Shown here piece by piece: positions 61,291-64,000 of a stretch of DNA of 64,000 nt. The DNA lies in assembly GCA_963759805.1 (NCBI GenBank), contig CAVXAT010000008.1, forward strand, positions 1 to 64,000. Direction: 5' to 3'. The stretch's first letter is position 1, and each line of letters begins with the position of its first letter. The position numbers and the translations under genes were made by a program. Origin of the DNA: an uncultured bacterium. GTDB taxonomy: Bacteria > Babelota > Babeliae > Babelales > RVW-14. Under the pieces are notes generated by a model. That model worked only from the letters and a program-made list of their open reading frames with translations. It was not told the DNA's origin and searched no databases.

Positions 61291-62364
61291 TCAGGGTTGT
61301 CCCGTTATGCTCTCATTCCATATATTATTCTTAATATTATTTTTCGATTTTGAAAATGACCGGTCTTTATCGGGAAATAGATCCTGTACCATTTGCTGCA
61401 TCTGTTCAATGGACAGCCATTCTTTGTTGTTGCCACTATGATACTCAAAATCATCTATAACAGGAGTCCCACAAACTTTGTGTTTGGATACGCTACCTAA
61501 GCCAAATGACGGCTTAACAACATAATGCGTCTCAAATTCTTCTGTGTTTCGTGCATCTTCGCGCGTAATCATAACTTCATGAATTTTTTCACCGGGACGA
61601 ATCCCTACCTCTACCATTTTCATATCCGGCGCCATGGCTTGCGCCAAGTCAATCATGCGCATCGACGGAATTTTTTTAACAAAAAGCTCACCACCTTGCA
61701 TAATATCAAGAGCCATTAAAACCATATCCACCGCCTGTTCAAGCCTTAGCCAAAAACGAGTCATCCTGAAATCTGTAATTGGAAGCTCTTTTGCCCCCTT
61801 ATCTATTAAATCTTTAAAATATGGAATTACAGAACCACGGCTACCTGCCACATTTCCATATCTGACAACGCTGAAACGCGTATCATGAGAGCCAACGTAA
61901 ACATTACCGGATATAAAAAGCTTGTCCGAACAAAGTTTTGTCGCTCCATACAAATTTACAGGGGCACATGCTTTGTCTGTGCTTAAGGCAACAACCCTTT
62001 TAACATTACGATCAATAGCAGCATCAATAACATTTTGAGCCCCAATAATATTAGTTTTTACAGCTTCAAATGGATTGTATTCACATGATGGAACTTGTTT
62101 TAATGCCGCAGCATGAATTACAACATCAACGCCATCAAACGCGCGAATGAGCCGATCTTTGTCACGAACATCACCAACAAAAAACCGCAATCGTGAATTA
62201 TCTTTAAACTCTGGCATGTTTGACATTTCAAACTGCTTGAACTCATCGCGAGAAAGAACAGCAATTCTTTGCACCTCAGGATGTTTTTGTAAAATTGTTT
62301 TTATAAAAGCTTTACCGAATGATCCGGTCCCGCCTGTGACAAGAATCGATTTGTATTTTAACAT
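61291..62364 (-). CDS. pseB: UDP-N-acetylglucosamine 4,6-dehydratase (inverting)
   Basis: TGGTGSFG, SRDE.KQ, HAAALKQVP, STDKA, YGATK, RYGNV.GSRGSV, MTRFW, GIRPGEK. Confidence 0.95.
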   Translation of the reverse strand: MLKYKSILVTGGTGSFGKAFIKTILQKHPEVQRIAVLSRDEFKQFEMSNMPEFKDNSRLRFFVGDVRDKDRLIRAFDGVDVVIHAAALKQVPSCEYNPFEAVKTNIIGAQNVIDAAIDRNVKRVVALSTDKACAPVNLYGATKLCSDKLFISGNVYVGSHDTRFSVVRYGNVAGSRGSVIPYFKDLIDKGAKELPITDFRMTRFWLRLEQAVDMVLMALDIMQGGELFVKKIPSMRMIDLAQAMAPDMKMVEVGIRPGEKIHEVMITREDARNTEEFETHYVVKPSFGLGSVSKHKVCGTPVIDDFEYHSGNNKEWLSIEQMQQMVQDLFPDKDRSFSKSKNNIKNNIWNESITGQP

Positions 62365-63659
62365 GATATCATACTCCCCTTCTCTCGCAGTAATATCTGC
62401 TGGTAACTATCACAATACCATTCGTAAGTTTTTTTTATTCCGGATTCAAGTGGAGTTTGTACCCTCCATCCTAATTTTGAAATTCTGTTTACATCCAGCA
62501 ACTTGCGAGGCGTTCCATCTGAACTGGCATGATCAAATTTAATATCACCATCAAACCCAACAATGTTTTTTATTAATTGTGCAAGCTCAGAAATTTTTAA
62601 ATCAGTGCCAACCCCAATGTTAATACACTCGCCAAGATCTTTAAAATCATAGTTATTAATTAAAAGAATCAAGGCTAGCCCCAGATCATCTACATGTAGG
62701 AATTCTCGATACACAGCACCTGTTCCCCACAACACCAAAGCCTCTGGAGTAATACCAAATTTTGCAAGCAACTCTGTTATTTCAGAATCACTAAAAATTT
62801 CAATAGATCTCTTCTGTAACTCGCATCCTTCGACAGGCTCCCAGCCTTCGCCCTTCGTGGCTACGCCGGGCACGGCAGGACGATCCTTCGACAGGCTCCC
62901 AGCCTTCGCTTGGGATAGCTTCGGCGGGCACGGCAGGATGAGCGGCCTGCTTGCCTGGGCGCCGTAGCTATCCAAGCGAAGGCGGCTCGAACCATCACCC
63001 TTGGGTGACGCGCCGGGTTGGGGCAACCCAAATTTTTCAAAATCAGATCTAATACTTGAAAAATCTTTGGCTGCAAGCAACTTGGCCAAATGAAATTTTC
63101 TAATCATAGCAGGTAGAACATGCGCAGTTTCAAGATTAAAATTATCATTTTGGCCATAAAGATTTGTGGGCATTACTGAGATAAAATTTGTTCCATACTG
63201 TTCATTAAAATATCTGCAAAGCTTGAGTGCAGAAATTTTTGCAATGGCATACGCCTCGTTTGTCGGCTCTAACAACCCGGAAAGCAGATACTCTTCTTTA
63301 AGAGGCTGTGGTGCGTTTTTGGGGTAAATGCATGATGACCCTAGGTTAAGTAACTTTTTAACGCCAAACTTATGAGAGGCATGAATGACGTTGGCCGATA
63401 TCATTAAATTATCATAAATAAAATCAGCCTTTTGCGTACTGTTTGCCCAAATTCCACCAACTTTTGCTGCAGCTAAGAAAACATATTCAGGACGATTTTC
63501 TTGAAAGAAAGCTTCAACTTGAGCCTGTGATCTCAGATCAAGATCTTGAAAATCTTTTGTAACAATATTTTTATATCCGTGTTTTTTTAAAGCTCTTAAA
63601 ACTGCAGATCCAACTAGACCGGTATGCCCTGCTACATAAATTTTAGAATCAACCTGCAT
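62358..63659 (-). CDS. fcl: GDP-L-fucose synthase carrying an in-frame palindromic insert
   Basis: AGHTGLVGSA, AAAKVGGI, LGSSCIYP, YAIAK, MPTNLYG, HVLPA, WGTG..YREFLHVDD, DGTPRK. Confidence 0.95.
   Translation of the reverse strand: MQVDSKIYVAGHTGLVGSAVLRALKKHGYKNIVTKDFQDLDLRSQAQVEAFFQENRPEYVFLAAAKVGGIWANSTQKADFIYDNLMISANVIHASHKFGVKKLLNLGSSCIYPKNAPQPLKEEYLLSGLLEPTNEAYAIAKISALKLCRYFNEQYGTNFISVMPTNLYGQNDNFNLETAHVLPAMIRKFHLAKLLAAKDFSSIRSDFEKFGLPQPGASPKGDGSSRLRLDSYGAQASRPLILPCPPKLSQAKAGSLSKDRPAVPGVATKGEGWEPVEGCELQKRSIEIFSDSEITELLAKFGITPEALVLWGTGAVYREFLHVDDLGLALILLINNYDFKDLGECINIGVGTDLKISELAQLIKNIVGFDGDIKFDHASSDGTPRKLLDVNRISKLGWRVQTPLESGIKKTYEWYCDSYQQILLREKGSMISC
62805..63050 (-). mobile_element. 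In-frame palindromic element (RPE-like) inside fcl
   Basis: 246 nt = 82 codons, bounded by AGATCT at both ends with AAT outside each; homologous to the gpmI insert; the gene-upstream boundary could be up to ~10 codons further in. Confidence 0.8.
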
Positions 63660-63673
63660 TAACAAGTGCCTTT

Positions 63674-64000
63674 CTACAAATAAGCTTCTTTTAGGCCCTG
63701 GTGCCAAGTAACAGTATGAGATGTGTATAAAAAGTTTTTACTTTTGCAAATATCCATGCCCTGACCAATGGGAGTAAGTCCGGCAAATTTTAGATCATAA
63801 TCAACCATAATTTTTACAAGCTCATCAAATGTCACACGTGGAGACCAGCATAAAATGTCTTTTGCTTTGGAAATATCTGCTTGAAGATGCTCCACCTCAG
63901 TTGGACGAAAATATCTAGGGTCAACTTCAATAATGACATCACCTGGCTTTAAAATACCGAACCAAATTGAGCTTAAATTTTTAATAATTCCGATCTCCTC
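63674..64000 (-). CDS. gmd: GDP-mannose 4,6-dehydratase, 3' part (runs off the window)
   Basis: [17 protein letters not shown]...L.W.P...F.ELV..MV..D. Confidence 0.9.
   Translation of the reverse strand, partial: EEIGIIKNLSSIWFGILKPGDVIIEVDPRYFRPTEVEHLQADISKAKDILCWSPRVTFDELVKIMVDYDLKFAGLTPIGQGMDICKSKNFLYTSHTVTWHQGLKEAYL

Overview
AT-rich bacterial chromosomal segment. The gene content (tandem Ddl, ATAD3-like ATPase, secreted PPP phosphatases, membrane pyrophosphatase, many signal-peptide orphans) suggests a host-dependent bacterium such as Candidatus Dependentiae/Babeliae (TM6); this assignment is inference only. 1-27.6 kb holds housekeeping genes (ddl, rpe, psd, bamA, tsaB, rsmE, gpmI, bioY, hppA) plus an accessory islet of putative secreted proteins bracketed by a duplicated ~205-bp divergent promoter. 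27.6-64 kb is a large surface-glycan locus: pseudaminic acid pathway with amidotransferase and methylase genes, GDP-fucose synthesis, GT2/GT4/GT11, a family of GT-C-like paralogs and an MBOAT, interrupted by a Fic + AAA islet. The main finding is a nested ('Russian-doll') family of GC-rich palindromic elements. They occur intergenically inside MITE-like shells, and also in frame inside gpmI and fcl and probably a third ORF, where they add 53 and 82 codons with related peptides and AAT flanking duplications. The small hairpin modules are 33-36 nt (multiples of 3) in coding copies but 31, 31, 43 and 67 nt in intergenic copies. No rRNA, tRNA, CRISPR array or transposase gene was recognised.
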